The notes under the pieces: model-generated
Told to the model about the DNA's origin: nothing
Seen by the model: the letters and a program-made list of their open reading frames with translations, nothing else
Databases searched by the model: none
In this document: piece by piece, positions 27,991 through 37,445 of the stretch
How the letters are laid out: every line of letters starts with the position of its first letter
Numbering within the stretch: the first letter of the stretch is position 1
Source of the DNA: Desulfosoma sp.
GTDB lineage: Bacteria > Desulfobacterota > Syntrophobacteria > Syntrophobacterales > DSM-9756
Direction of reading: 5' to 3'
DNA length: 64,000 nt
NCBI GenBank assembly: GCA_037481835.1
Contig: JBBFKW010000003.1
Span: 160,001 to 224,000, forward strand
Made by a program: the position numbers and the translations under genes

Positions 27991-30669
27991 ATGAATCGCG
28001 ACACGTTGCCGAAGGCGTATGAATTCCAGGACGTGGAAGGGCGGTGGGTGACTTACTGGGTGGAAAACCGGTGTTTTCGGGCGGATCCGACGGCGGCCAG
28101 GCCCCCTTTCAGCATCGTCATTCCGCCGCCCAACGTCACGGGGCAGCTCCACATGGGCCATGCGCTCAACAACACGCTCCAGGACATCCTCTGCCGCTAC
28201 AAGAGACTTAAAGGTTTCGAGGTCCTCTGGGTTCCGGGAACGGACCACGCGGGGATCGCCACCCAGAACGTGGTGGAACGGCATATCGCCAAGGACGGGC
28301 TCACACGGCACGATCTGGGCCGGGAAAAATTCCTGGAAAAGGTCTGGGAATGGAAGGAAACCTACGGGGACTACATTATCCGCCAGCTGAAGCGACTGGG
28401 GGCCAGCTGCGACTGGACCCGGGAACGGTTCACGATGGATGAGGGCCTTTCCAGGGCGGTGCGCATCGTCTTCGTCAAGCTCTACGAGGAAGGACTCATC
28501 TACCGCGGCCAGCGCATGATCAACTGGTGCCCCCGCTGCATGACGGCCTTGGCCAACATCGAAGTGGAAGGCGAAGAAATCGGCGGGCGCCTCTATCACA
28601 TCCGCTATCCCCTGGCGGACGGATCCGGGGCTGTCACGGTGGCCACCACGCGCCCCGAAACCATGCTGGGAGATACCGCCGTGGCGGTCCACCCGGACGA
28701 TCCCCGATACCGCCATGTCGTCGGCAAGACCGTCATTGTGCCCCTCGTCAACCGGCCCATCCCGGTGATCGCCGACCCGTACGTAGACCGCGAATTCGGT
28801 ACGGGCGCCTTGAAGATCACCCCCGGCCACGATTTCAACGACTTCGAAATCGGCCGAAAACACGGCCTGGAGGTCATCCAGGTCATCGGGGAAGACGGCG
28901 TCATGACGGCCCAGGCCGGCCCGTACCAAGGGCTGGACCGATACGAATGCCGAAAGAGGGTGGTGGCCCATTTGGAAAAGGGCGGCTACCTCGGGACGGT
29001 GCAGGACCATGTCCACCGCGTTGGGCACTGTTACCGGTGCAAGAGCGCCGTCGAACCCATGCTCTCGCTCCAATGGTTCGTCAAGACGCGCCCTCTGGCG
29101 GATCGGGCCATGGAAGCCGTCCGGGACGGCCGCACCCGCATCATCCCGAAGAAGTGGGAAAAAGACTACTTCCAGTGGCTGGAAAACATCGAAGACTGGT
29201 GCATCAGCCGCCAGATCTGGTGGGGACACCGCATTCCCGCCTGGTACTGCGCCGACTGCCAAGGGACGACCGTCGCTCTGGAAGACCCCAAAACCTGCGG
29301 CAGCTGCGGCGGCACCCGGCTGGAACAGGACAATGACGTTTTGGACACCTGGTTCAGTTCGGCTCTGTGGCCTTTCACCACCATGGGCTGGCCGGAACAG
29401 ACGCCCGAGCTTCAAAAATTCTATCCCACCTCCGTTCTGGTGACGGGCTTCGACATCCTCTTTTTCTGGGTCGCCCGCATGATGATGATGGGCCTTCATT
29501 TCATGAAGGACGTGCCGTTCCGCGACGTCTACGTCCATGCCTTGGTGCGGGACGCCCAGGGGCAGAAGATGAGCAAGTCCAAGGGGAACGTCATCGATCC
29601 CCTGGTCATGATGGACCGCTACGGGACCGACGCCCTGCGCTTTACGCTCACCGCCTTCGCCGCCCAAGGCCGGGACATCAAGCTTTCCGAAGAGCGCATC
29701 GAAGGCTACCGCCATTTCGTGAACAAGATCTGGAACGCCTCCCGGCTTGTGCTCATGAACATCGAAGGGACCGCCCTCCTGGATCGCATTCCCGATCGGC
29801 TGGAGCGCCTCGCCCACCGGTGGATCCTCAGCCGATTCCAGTCGGTGCTGGACGAGGTGGAATCGGCTCTGGAAAACTACCATTTCAACCAATACGCCCA
29901 GAGTCTGTACCAGTTTTTCTGGCATGAATACTGCGACTGGTACCTGGAAGTCATCAAGCCCGACCTCTACGGCGAGGACCCGCAAGCCAAAGTATTGGCC
30001 CAAACCATTGCGGCCACCGTCTTGAAAAATCTCCTCATCCTCCTGCACCCCGTCATGCCCTTTGTCACCGAGGAACTGGCCGAAAGGTTGCCCGGGTCCG
30101 GCGAAAGTCTGGTCCGAGCGGCTTTTCCCGAAAAGGAGCCGTGGCGATCGGATCCCGAAGCGGAAAAGGACATGGGCCTGCTCATGGATGTCATCACCGG
30201 CATGCGCAACATCCGCGGGGAAATGAACATCGCACCGGGGGTTCGCCTCAAAGCCGTGTGCCTATGCCGCTTGGATGCCGAAAAGGATCTTCTGGAAGCC
30301 AACCGGCAGATGCTCGTGGATCTTGCCCGGCTGGAAAGCCTCACCGTGGGGCTGCAGGGACAGATGCCCAAACCCCGGCTTGCGGCCTCGACGGTTTCCG
30401 GCGGCGTGGAAGCCTACGTCCTTCTCGAAGGCGTGTTGGACGTGGACAGCGAGGCCAAGCGGTTGGACAAGGAGATCGGAAAACTCCAAAAGGAGCTGGA
30501 AGGGGCTCGAAAGAAACTTTCCAACGAAGACTTCCTGAAACGTGCCCCCATGGATGTGGTGGAAAAGGAACGGGAAAAGGCGGAACGGCTTGCGGAAAAA
30601 CTTGCGAAACTCCGGGCCAACCGAGACCGCGTGGAAGCGCTGGTGCGCGAAGCCGCCCAAAACGCCTGA
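27991..30669 (+). CDS. valS: Valine--tRNA ligase
   Basis: PPPNVTGQLHMGH (HIGH), KMSKS, DWCISRQIWWGHRIP, and a C-terminal coiled coil. Confidence 0.98.
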   Translation: MNRDTLPKAYEFQDVEGRWVTYWVENRCFRADPTAARPPFSIVIPPPNVTGQLHMGHALNNTLQDILCRYKRLKGFEVLWVPGTDHAGIATQNVVERHIAKDGLTRHDLGREKFLEKVWEWKETYGDYIIRQLKRLGASCDWTRERFTMDEGLSRAVRIVFVKLYEEGLIYRGQRMINWCPRCMTALANIEVEGEEIGGRLYHIRYPLADGSGAVTVATTRPETMLGDTAVAVHPDDPRYRHVVGKTVIVPLVNRPIPVIADPYVDREFGTGALKITPGHDFNDFEIGRKHGLEVIQVIGEDGVMTAQAGPYQGLDRYECRKRVVAHLEKGGYLGTVQDHVHRVGHCYRCKSAVEPMLSLQWFVKTRPLADRAMEAVRDGRTRIIPKKWEKDYFQWLENIEDWCISRQIWWGHRIPAWYCADCQGTTVALEDPKTCGSCGGTRLEQDNDVLDTWFSSALWPFTTMGWPEQTPELQKFYPTSVLVTGFDILFFWVARMMMMGLHFMKDVPFRDVYVHALVRDAQGQKMSKSKGNVIDPLVMMDRYGTDALRFTLTAFAAQGRDIKLSEERIEGYRHFVNKIWNASRLVLMNIEGTALLDRIPDRLERLAHRWILSRFQSVLDEVESALENYHFNQYAQSLYQFFWHEYCDWYLEVIKPDLYGEDPQAKVLAQTIAATVLKNLLILLHPVMPFVTEELAERLPGSGESLVRAAFPEKEPWRSDPEAEKDMGLLMDVITGMRNIRGEMNIAPGVRLKAVCLCRLDAEKDLLEANRQMLVDLARLESLTVGLQGQMPKPRLAASTVSGGVEAYVLLEGVLDVDSEAKRLDKEIGKLQKELEGARKKLSNEDFLKRAPMDVVEKEREKAERLAEKLAKLRANRDRVEALVREAAQNA

Positions 30670-30731
30670 GCCCCCGCCACAGGGCGGACCATCGGCCCCA
30701 CAGACGCCGGGCCCGGATGACGAGGACTTCC

Positions 30732-31283
30732 ATGCGACGCGTGCCCACGGAAATCGCCGACGTGATCCTTTTCGAACCGAAGGTTTTCTCCGACGACCGC
30801 GGGTTTTTTTTCGAAAGCTACAACCGAAAGACTTTCAGCGAGTTGGGCCTTGCCGTGGATTTCGTCCAAGACAACCATTCCCGGTCGCGCCGAGGGGTGT
30901 TGCGCGGGCTGCACTACCAGCTGGCCCCTCGGGCTCAGGGAAAACTCGTCCGCGTGGTCTTGGGCGAAATTTTCGACGTGGCCGTGGATCTTCGACGATC
31001 GTCGCCCTCCTTCGGCCGGTGGGTGGGCGTTTATCTTTCGGCGGAAAACAAAAAGCAGCTCTACGTCCCCGAAGGCTTTGCCCACGGTTTTCTTGCGCTT
31101 TCACCCTGGGCGGAGGTCTGTTACAAAACGACGGATTATTATTCGCCCGAGCACGAACGGTGCCTCCTGTGGAACGATCCCACCCTGAACATCACCTGGC
31201 CTTTGGCCGACGGGGAAACACCGGTGCTGTCCCCCAAAGACGCGCAGGGGGTCGTATTAACCCAGGCGGATCTTTTCGCGTGA
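30732..31283 (+). CDS. rfbC: dTDP-4-dehydrorhamnose 3,5-epimerase
   Basis: DDRGFFFESY, VQDNHSRS...LRGLHYQ, QGKLVRV and VPEGFAHGF. Confidence 0.96.
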   Translation: MRRVPTEIADVILFEPKVFSDDRGFFFESYNRKTFSELGLAVDFVQDNHSRSRRGVLRGLHYQLAPRAQGKLVRVVLGEIFDVAVDLRRSSPSFGRWVGVYLSAENKKQLYVPEGFAHGFLALSPWAEVCYKTTDYYSPEHERCLLWNDPTLNITWPLADGETPVLSPKDAQGVVLTQADLFA

Positions 31284-31338
31284 GGGCATAACTGGTGACA
31301 ACGGGCCGGCAGGGCTTTCGGGGTTTGGGAAAAGAGCG

Positions 31339-32208
31339 ATGAAAACCGTTGTGGTGACCGGCATCTTGGGCCAGCTGGGATGGGAAATGGAACGCTTCGC
31401 GCCTCCGTGGGCGCGCCTTGTGGGGGCGGACCTTCCCGATACGGACATTGCCCGGCCCGACCATGTGGAACGGCTCTTTTCGAAAAACCGGCCGGACGTG
31501 CTCGTCAACGCCGCCGCCTACACCGCCGTGGACCGTGCGGAACAGGAACCCCATGCGGCTTACCGGATCAATCGGGACGCCGTGCGGCTGCTCGCCCAAA
31601 CGTGCGCCCGGTTCGGGACCCACCTCGTGCATCTTTCCACCGATTTCGTCTTCGACGGCACCTTGTCCCGCCCTTACCGGCCGGACGATGCGCCGAACCC
31701 CATCGGCGTCTATGGTGCCAGCAAGAGGGCGGGGGAAGAGGCGGTTTTGGAAATCCTGGGAGACAAAGGGACCATTGTCCGAACCGCCTGGCTCTATTCG
31801 AGCCATGGGGCCAACTTCGTCAAAACCATGCTGCGACTCTACCAAGAGCGCGATGAAGTGCGGGTGGTATCCGACCAGGTGGGGACCCCGACGTGGGCGG
31901 CCAATCTGGCGGATTTTCTCTGGGATCTCGTGGGACGGGAAACCGTGCCGGCGGGGATCTTTCATTTCACCGACGCCGGCGTGGCGTCCTGGTACGATTT
32001 CGCCGTGGCCGTGGAAGAAGAGACTCGGCATCGCCGCACGCAACCCGTGATCATCCGTCCCATCCGCACGGAAGAATATCCAACGCCGGCCCGGCGCCCG
32101 CCATACAGCGTCTTGGACAAGCACTCCGCCTGGGCCCTGTGGGGCCGCCGCCCCGACCATTGGCGGGATGCCCTGCGCCGCATGCTCCGGGAATTGGAAA
32201 AAACGTAA
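31339..32208 (+). CDS. rfbD: dTDP-4-dehydrorhamnose reductase
   Basis: TGILGQLG, NAAAYTAVD, STDFVFDG, YGASK, DQVGTPT and ARRPPYSVLD. Confidence 0.96.
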   Translation: MKTVVVTGILGQLGWEMERFAPPWARLVGADLPDTDIARPDHVERLFSKNRPDVLVNAAAYTAVDRAEQEPHAAYRINRDAVRLLAQTCARFGTHLVHLSTDFVFDGTLSRPYRPDDAPNPIGVYGASKRAGEEAVLEILGDKGTIVRTAWLYSSHGANFVKTMLRLYQERDEVRVVSDQVGTPTWAANLADFLWDLVGRETVPAGIFHFTDAGVASWYDFAVAVEEETRHRRTQPVIIRPIRTEEYPTPARRPPYSVLDKHSAWALWGRRPDHWRDALRRMLRELEKT

Positions 32209-32284
32209 AAGACGCCTCCGGTTGCGGGCCCCCGAGAGTCAAAGAGATCATCCCGATCGACCTGCGAGCGTATTCCCGATTTTT

Positions 32285-32441
32285 GTTGGGGTTCGCTGCG
32301 CTCACCCCAACCGACACTCGCTGGCCGACATCCTTGAGAAAAGTCGTAGGTTGGGGTTCGCTGCGCTCACCCCAACCTACACTCGCCGGCCGGCATCCTT
32401 GAGAAAAGTCGTAGGTTGGGGTGAGCAAAGCGAACCCCAAC
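32285..32441. repeat. REP triplet: REP(-) 32285-32315, double-ended REP 32346-32380, REP(+) 32411-32441, with a duplicated 30-bp spacer
   Basis: Spacers ACTCGCTGGCCGACATCCTTGAGAAAAGTC and ACTCGCCGGCCGGCATCCTTGAGAAAAGTC differ at 2 positions. Same architecture as 103-253. Confidence 0.92.
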
Positions 32442-32590
32442 TCAGATCTGGATCCGGCGAGACAACGAACCATGTAAGTCCTGCCCTTCCAGGTTCCGAG
32501 CGCGACGTGCACACAAACCCCCCATCGCGCAGGGCGAGACAACGAAGCACGAAAGTCTTCCGGTTACGGTGTGTTGCAGAGACTGTCCTA

Positions 32591-33508
32591 TCAAGCCGAA
32601 GGGAGCGGTTCGGCGCCCCGTTGGAAGAAAAGATCCCGATACCGGGCGGCTCGAACGTCGAACAACCGAGGCAGGGTTTTGCCGTCGATGGAGCGGACGG
32701 GCATGATTCCGACGAGGGCGTTGGTGATCCACACGGCGGAAAAGGCCCCCAGCCGCTCTTCCGTAATCTCGGCTTCGTCGACCGTCCAGCCGTCCTCGCG
32801 GAAGAGCTCCACGACGCGCCTCTCGGCGGTCCCTCTCAGCCGGTGAGGGCTTGCGGAAACCGTGCACCGCCCTTCTTGGAGAAACAGCAAAGATCCCGTC
32901 GCCGTTTCGGCGGCATGGCCGAAGGAATCGTAGAGCAGCGCTTCGTCGAAGCCCGCATCGGCGGCATCCTGTCGGGCCCACAGGTAAAAGAGGTAGTTCA
33001 GCGTTTTCATGGCGGCAAGAGGCGGCGTGCACCCGTTTCGAAACGTGCGAAGGGTCCACCCCCGGCCGTAGGCTTCCGGAGACGGCGGAGTGTAAGGGTC
33101 CGCCAAAACGCACACCGTTGGAATCCGTGGCGAAGGAAGCCCAACCCCGGGAGCCTCACCTCGACTGAGGACGATCTTGACGCGGGCGGGCCCCCTTTCA
33201 AGGCCGTTGGCGTGGAGGAGCTGCGAAATGCGCCGGGACCATACGGTCGGCGCGTTGAGATCGAAAACCGGTGGGCCTGCGTCGGCGGGCGGCACCAGCC
33301 GTAGGCGGCCGGCGCCTTCCAGGAGGCGTTCCAGGTGATCGGCCACGTAAAGAACTCGGCCGTCATCGGCCCGAAGGGTTTCAAACAGGCCGTCTCCAAA
33401 GAGAAAACCCCGGTCGAATGGAGACACCCGCACCGCCTCTTCCGGAACAAGGTTCCCGTTCCACCACACGAAGCGTTTCCTCTGCGTCGTCGGCTCGGCA
33501 CTCGTCAT
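32591..33508 (-). CDS. Class IV aminotransferase (aminodeoxychorismate lyase, PabC-like)
   Basis: DRGFLFGDGLFET, HLERL, KTLNY and TNALVG; downstream of pabA/pabB-like genes. Confidence 0.85.
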   Translation of the reverse strand: MTSAEPTTQRKRFVWWNGNLVPEEAVRVSPFDRGFLFGDGLFETLRADDGRVLYVADHLERLLEGAGRLRLVPPADAGPPVFDLNAPTVWSRRISQLLHANGLERGPARVKIVLSRGEAPGVGLPSPRIPTVCVLADPYTPPSPEAYGRGWTLRTFRNGCTPPLAAMKTLNYLFYLWARQDAADAGFDEALLYDSFGHAAETATGSLLFLQEGRCTVSASPHRLRGTAERRVVELFREDGWTVDEAEITEERLGAFSAVWITNALVGIMPVRSIDGKTLPRLFDVRAARYRDLFFQRGAEPLPSA

Positions 33509-34929
33509 GGGGATGAGGCCTCATCTTCAGCCATAACGCGAAAGAGCGTTCGGCCCTTGTGGAGCGTTTCTTCGTATTCGGCCGCTTCGTCCGAGTCGTA
33601 CACGACGCCGCCTCCCACAGAAAAATGCAGCCGTCCGTCCTTGAGGACAGCCGTGCGGATGGCGATGTTCATGTCCATGTTCCCGTGCCAGCCCACGTAC
33701 CCGATGGATCCCGTATAGACGTGACGGACGTGCCGTTCCAGCTCATCGATGATTTCCATGGCCCGAATTTTGGGGCATCCCGTAATGGAACCGCCCGGAA
33801 AGGTCGCCTTGAAAATGTCCCCGGCGGACACCTCCGGGCGCAGCTTTCCGGAAATCACGGACACCAGATGCCAGACGTTCTCATAGGCTTCAAGCCGCTT
33901 GTGCTCTTCAACCACAATGGAGCGCGGCTCGCACACACGGCCCAGGTCGTTGCGCAAAAGGTCCACGATCATGGAAAGTTCGGCATCGTCCTTGGGATTG
34001 GCCCTTAAGTCCTCCTTGAAGCGCAGGTCCTCTTCGGGTGTGGCGCCTCGGGGACGGGTGCCCTTGATGGGCCGCGTCTCGATGCGTTCCCCTCGGCGGC
34101 ACAGGAATCGTTCCATGGACGTACACAGAATGCGATGATCGCCCAGGTGAAGGTAGGCATAGAAAGGGGCGGGGTTTCGCCGAAAGAGGCGCGTCCACAA
34201 TCGCCACGGATCGCCGAGAAAGGGAGTGGAAAACCGCTGGGAAAGATTCACTTGGTAGACGTCCCCGTTTCGGATGTAGCGGCGGATTCGCGCCACCGCA
34301 TCGATGTATGCCTCACGCGAAAAGTCGCTCACGAGCCGGGCGGCCCTCGGCGGGGAAGGGTCCTCCCGGTGGGTGTCTCCGTGCGGGGCGAAAGCCAAGG
34401 GCTTCAATCGATCCGTTTCCAGAGCCAGGTGAACGGTCCGACCGGTTTGGCGGTCGAAAACCAAGAAATTTCCCGGAAGAAAGAACAGGCAGTCCGGCAC
34501 ATCCAGATCGTCTTCGGTGGTTTGGGGGAGTTCTTCCAGCACGTTTTTCAATTCATAGGCGAGGTAGCCGACGAGGCCGCCTGAGAAAGGTTTCGCCATG
34601 AGGGGAAAGGTCGGGCGGGTGGCTTCCACGAGGCTGTCCAGGGCGTCCAAGGGATGGCAACGGGAAGCCCAGAAGCCTTCGGCCGTGGAAAGCGTCAGTT
34701 GATGGCCTTTGGCGCGAAAGACGACGAGCGGGTTCCAAAAGGCCATGGAATAACGAGCGCAATCCAGGGCTCCCCCGCTGAGAAAGACCGCGCTATAGGG
34801 TCGTTCCGCCACGGGAGCCACCCTTCCCAGGAACGAATCATCGGTTTCCCGGGACCACACGTCCCGCGCCTGCACGCCCCGAACCGCTCCTCGAACCAGC
34901 TCCCGGATTTCCATCACCCCGATTCCCAT
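33505..34929 (-). CDS. pabB: Aminodeoxychorismate synthase component I
   Basis: GDVYQVNLSQRF, RPIKGTRPRG, KDDAELSMIVDLLRNDL and FPGGSITGCPKIRAMEII. Start codon uncertain. Confidence 0.85.
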   Translation of the reverse strand: MGIGVMEIRELVRGAVRGVQARDVWSRETDDSFLGRVAPVAERPYSAVFLSGGALDCARYSMAFWNPLVVFRAKGHQLTLSTAEGFWASRCHPLDALDSLVEATRPTFPLMAKPFSGGLVGYLAYELKNVLEELPQTTEDDLDVPDCLFFLPGNFLVFDRQTGRTVHLALETDRLKPLAFAPHGDTHREDPSPPRAARLVSDFSREAYIDAVARIRRYIRNGDVYQVNLSQRFSTPFLGDPWRLWTRLFRRNPAPFYAYLHLGDHRILCTSMERFLCRRGERIETRPIKGTRPRGATPEEDLRFKEDLRANPKDDAELSMIVDLLRNDLGRVCEPRSIVVEEHKRLEAYENVWHLVSVISGKLRPEVSAGDIFKATFPGGSITGCPKIRAMEIIDELERHVRHVYTGSIGYVGWHGNMDMNIAIRTAVLKDGRLHFSVGGGVVYDSDEAAEYEETLHKGRTLFRVMAEDEASSP

Positions 34930-34997
34930 GCCTCCTTCCGCACCGACACCGTCCCCCATGCTCCCCCTTCCGCGCACACCGTGTCCCCACCGGCGAC

Positions 34998-35720
34998 TTA
35001 TCTGGAAGTGGAGGTCAAGCTCTCAGAGAGACTTTGAGGTTCATCCTTCTTGACTGAAACCAAAGGGAATCCTCCTTCCTGTCCCTTCTGAGCTTTCTTC
35101 CAGCGGGGAAAGCGGCTTTCCCCCTCTTTTTGCGAAGGAACGGCCTTCTGAAAATCCTTTCGGGATGCCAAAAAACGCGCGGCGATTTCCAAGCCGTACT
35201 GGGATAGGAAGGATTCGGGGTGGAACTGAACCCCCCACACGGGAAGGCTCTTATGTTCCAAGGCCATGAGCACGCCGTCGTCGGCCCAGGCCGTCTCCCG
35301 AAGATCGGGCGACGTGACTCGGCACTGCAGGGAATGATAGCGCGCAACACGAAAAGGCGATGGAAGCCCGGAAAAGAGCCCCTCGCCCCTATGATGGACC
35401 AAAGAGGTTTTGCCGTGCACCGGCACAGGGGCCCGTTCCGTGCAGCCGCCGTAGACTTCGTTGATCACCTGCATGCCCAAACACACGCCCAAGATGGGCA
35501 CTGCGCCGGCATAACGGCGGACCACGTCCTTGCTGATTCCCGAGTGGGCCGGAGACTTGGGCCCCGGACTGATGACGATCCAGTGGGGCTCCAGGGTCGA
35601 TACGGCCTCCGCGGAAATCTTGTCGTGCCGAAACACCAGCACGTCCAGGTCGAATTCGCAAAAAAGCTGGTAGAGGTTGAACGTGAAGGAGTCGTAGTTG
35701 TCGATCAGCACAAGGCGCAT
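34998..35720 (-). CDS. pabA: Aminodeoxychorismate/anthranilate synthase glutamine amidotransferase
   Basis: IDNYDSFTFNL, SPGP, LGVCLG, RYHSL and GVQFHPES. Confidence 0.88.
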   Translation of the reverse strand: MRLVLIDNYDSFTFNLYQLFCEFDLDVLVFRHDKISAEAVSTLEPHWIVISPGPKSPAHSGISKDVVRRYAGAVPILGVCLGMQVINEVYGGCTERAPVPVHGKTSLVHHRGEGLFSGLPSPFRVARYHSLQCRVTSPDLRETAWADDGVLMALEHKSLPVWGVQFHPESFLSQYGLEIAARFLASRKDFQKAVPSQKEGESRFPRWKKAQKGQEGGFPLVSVKKDEPQSLSESLTSTSR

Positions 35721-35730
35721 CGCCGTTCCC

Positions 35731-35770
35731 CAAAAAGAAAAGCCACCCCGCCCTGAGGCTGGGTGGCTTT
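35731..35770 (-). terminator. Intrinsic terminator-like hairpin immediately upstream of pabA
   Basis: Minus strand AAAGCCACCC-agcctcagggcg-GGGTGGCTTT followed by TCTTTTT. Confidence 0.65.
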
Positions 35771-35791
35771 CGCCTGGCATACCTCGCGCCT

Positions 35792-35820
35792 TTTATGCCT
35801 TTTTCGGGCCGTCCCGTCAA
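35792..35820 (-). promoter_or_regulatory. Candidate sigma70 promoter for the pab operon
   Basis: Minus strand TTGACG-N17-CATAAA. Confidence 0.5.
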
Positions 35821-35866
35821 TGGGGATGGTAGCGTTTCGCACGGTGAATCTATGCTGCGGCCGTTC

Positions 35867-36017
35867 GTGAATGAGGATCGAAGGAGAATCCGAACCGCCT
35901 ACGGCCCCGAAAACATGACTGGGCTCAGAAGATTCGCCATCGGGCCTGCTCACATCAAAAGGGGTATCCAATGGTGCCTTAAAAAATGCGCAGGCTCGCG
36001 TTCAAGGTCCGTTCGGT
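35867..36017 (+). mobile_element. ISAs1-family transposase C-terminal relic
   Basis: Encodes NEDRRRIRTAYGPENMTGLRRFAIG, like the ISAs1 C-terminal motif EDxxRIRxxxxPENxxxLRRxA. Continues with frameshifts as LLTSKGVSN...KMRRL. Confidence 0.6.
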
Positions 36018-36225
36018 TGTTGCGCCTCGTGGGGATGCCGCGTGACGGAATCCCGCGGCCCTTCGGGGCTTTTTGGGAAATAAGGAGGCGGCCGGCGACC
36101 CGGGGCGATGCCCCGAGCTATCTTGCTGTGCCCCCATTCCGGGGCGATGGGGGATGACCGCCCCGGCCGCTGCCTCCATGGCCCCAAAGGGGCGTTAAAC
36201 ACCCCCGTAACGTTTCGGCACCCCG

Positions 36226-37209
36226 TCATGGGAAAGCCTGGACGAGGCAGTCCATGCGGTCTCCCGTGCGAAGGAGTTCCACCCTTTGGAAACCGGCTTC
36301 CAAGAGGGCCGCTTTGGTTTCTTCAAACGTGTAGGTGTCGCCGCCTTCCGTGTTCACGAGCATGTTGATGGCGAAAAGCGCGCCCGCAGCGGGCCGCGTC
36401 CGGTCGGGTTCCATGATGTGGTCCCGGATGAGGAGGCATCCTCCGGGTTCCAGAACCTCCCGGATTTTGCGATACAGGGCCACGTTTTCTTCCGGGCTGT
36501 TTTGGTGGATGATGGCCGAAAGGAGCGCCAGGTCGCACCCGGAAGGCAGCGGGTCTGAATAAAAATCGCCGGCAACGAGGCGCACGCGGGAAAGAAGCCC
36601 ATGCGCGCCGAGGCGTTTCCGGGCCATGGGAAGCACATCGGGAAGATCGAACAGCACGGCCTCAAGAGACGGCTTCCTTTGGAGAAAGGCGATGGTGTAG
36701 GTCCCAGAGGCCCCGCCGATGTCCAAAAGTCGCTTGTACGGTGATAGATCTACGGAAGCGGCGATCTCCCGCGCGAGCTTCCGCCCCACCACGTGCATGG
36801 CGCCGATGAAGGCTTCCAGGGCATCGGATCCCGAGTGCACGATGGACCGGCGGTGGGGATTGCGCCCCGAGCGCACCGTGTCCGTCAGGTGATGCCAGTT
36901 GTGCCAGATGTGAGCCATGTACAGCACCATGGGAAGGACGGATTCGGGATGCTTGGCGGAAAAAGGAGCGCCTTTTTCCGTCAGCCGATAGATGCCCGCC
37001 GTCTTTTCCACATGGCCAAAGGTGACCAAACAGTCCAAAAGGCGCGTGAGGGCCCGAAGGTCGCACCCCGTTTTTCGGGCCAAGGCCTCGGCCGACGACG
37101 GGGCGTCGTCCAAAAGGGTAAAGACGTCCAACTGGGCGGCACTCAGAAGGATGCGGCTCTTCATGAAGCCGCGCACGTCCTCCAGCGGATCCTCGTGCTG
37201 AAACGCCAT
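36226..37209 (-). CDS. SAM-dependent O-methyltransferase with N-terminal dimerisation domain
   Basis: LSAAQLDVF wHTH-like start, LLDIGGASG, FDLPDV, AGDFY and LSAIIH. Confidence 0.9.
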   Translation of the reverse strand: MAFQHEDPLEDVRGFMKSRILLSAAQLDVFTLLDDAPSSAEALARKTGCDLRALTRLLDCLVTFGHVEKTAGIYRLTEKGAPFSAKHPESVLPMVLYMAHIWHNWHHLTDTVRSGRNPHRRSIVHSGSDALEAFIGAMHVVGRKLAREIAASVDLSPYKRLLDIGGASGTYTIAFLQRKPSLEAVLFDLPDVLPMARKRLGAHGLLSRVRLVAGDFYSDPLPSGCDLALLSAIIHQNSPEENVALYRKIREVLEPGGCLLIRDHIMEPDRTRPAAGALFAINMLVNTEGGDTYTFEETKAALLEAGFQRVELLRTGDRMDCLVQAFP

Positions 37210-37262
37210 GGGAACCCTCCCGGTGAATGTCGTTCAAAAATGCACAAAATAACCTGAATGCC

Positions 37263-37291
37263 TTGACCAGGCCGGCGGAGGCCGTTACATT
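37263..37291 (+). promoter_or_regulatory. Candidate sigma70 promoter for the Tmc-like cluster
   Basis: TTGACC-N17-TACATT. Confidence 0.5.
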
Positions 37292-37445
37292 TCGGCCCAT
37301 CGGAACCGGAAAGGGGACGGCCGGCGGGCACGAAAGTAACAGGATTTCGTGGGTGCTGTCAATCATTCAAAACCGCGCACGGAACCGCGAAGGCACACGG
37401 ACGAGGCGACAAGCACGGGAAGGCGAAAACGGCGGGAGATGGGGC

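Noticed and set aside
27586..30048. Long antisense ORFs (820 aa opposite valS; similar ones opposite hflK, tolB, the acidic protein and the ABC genes)
   Set aside because: Shadow ORFs expected from high-GC codon bias; no recognisable motifs and complete overlap with well-supported genes.
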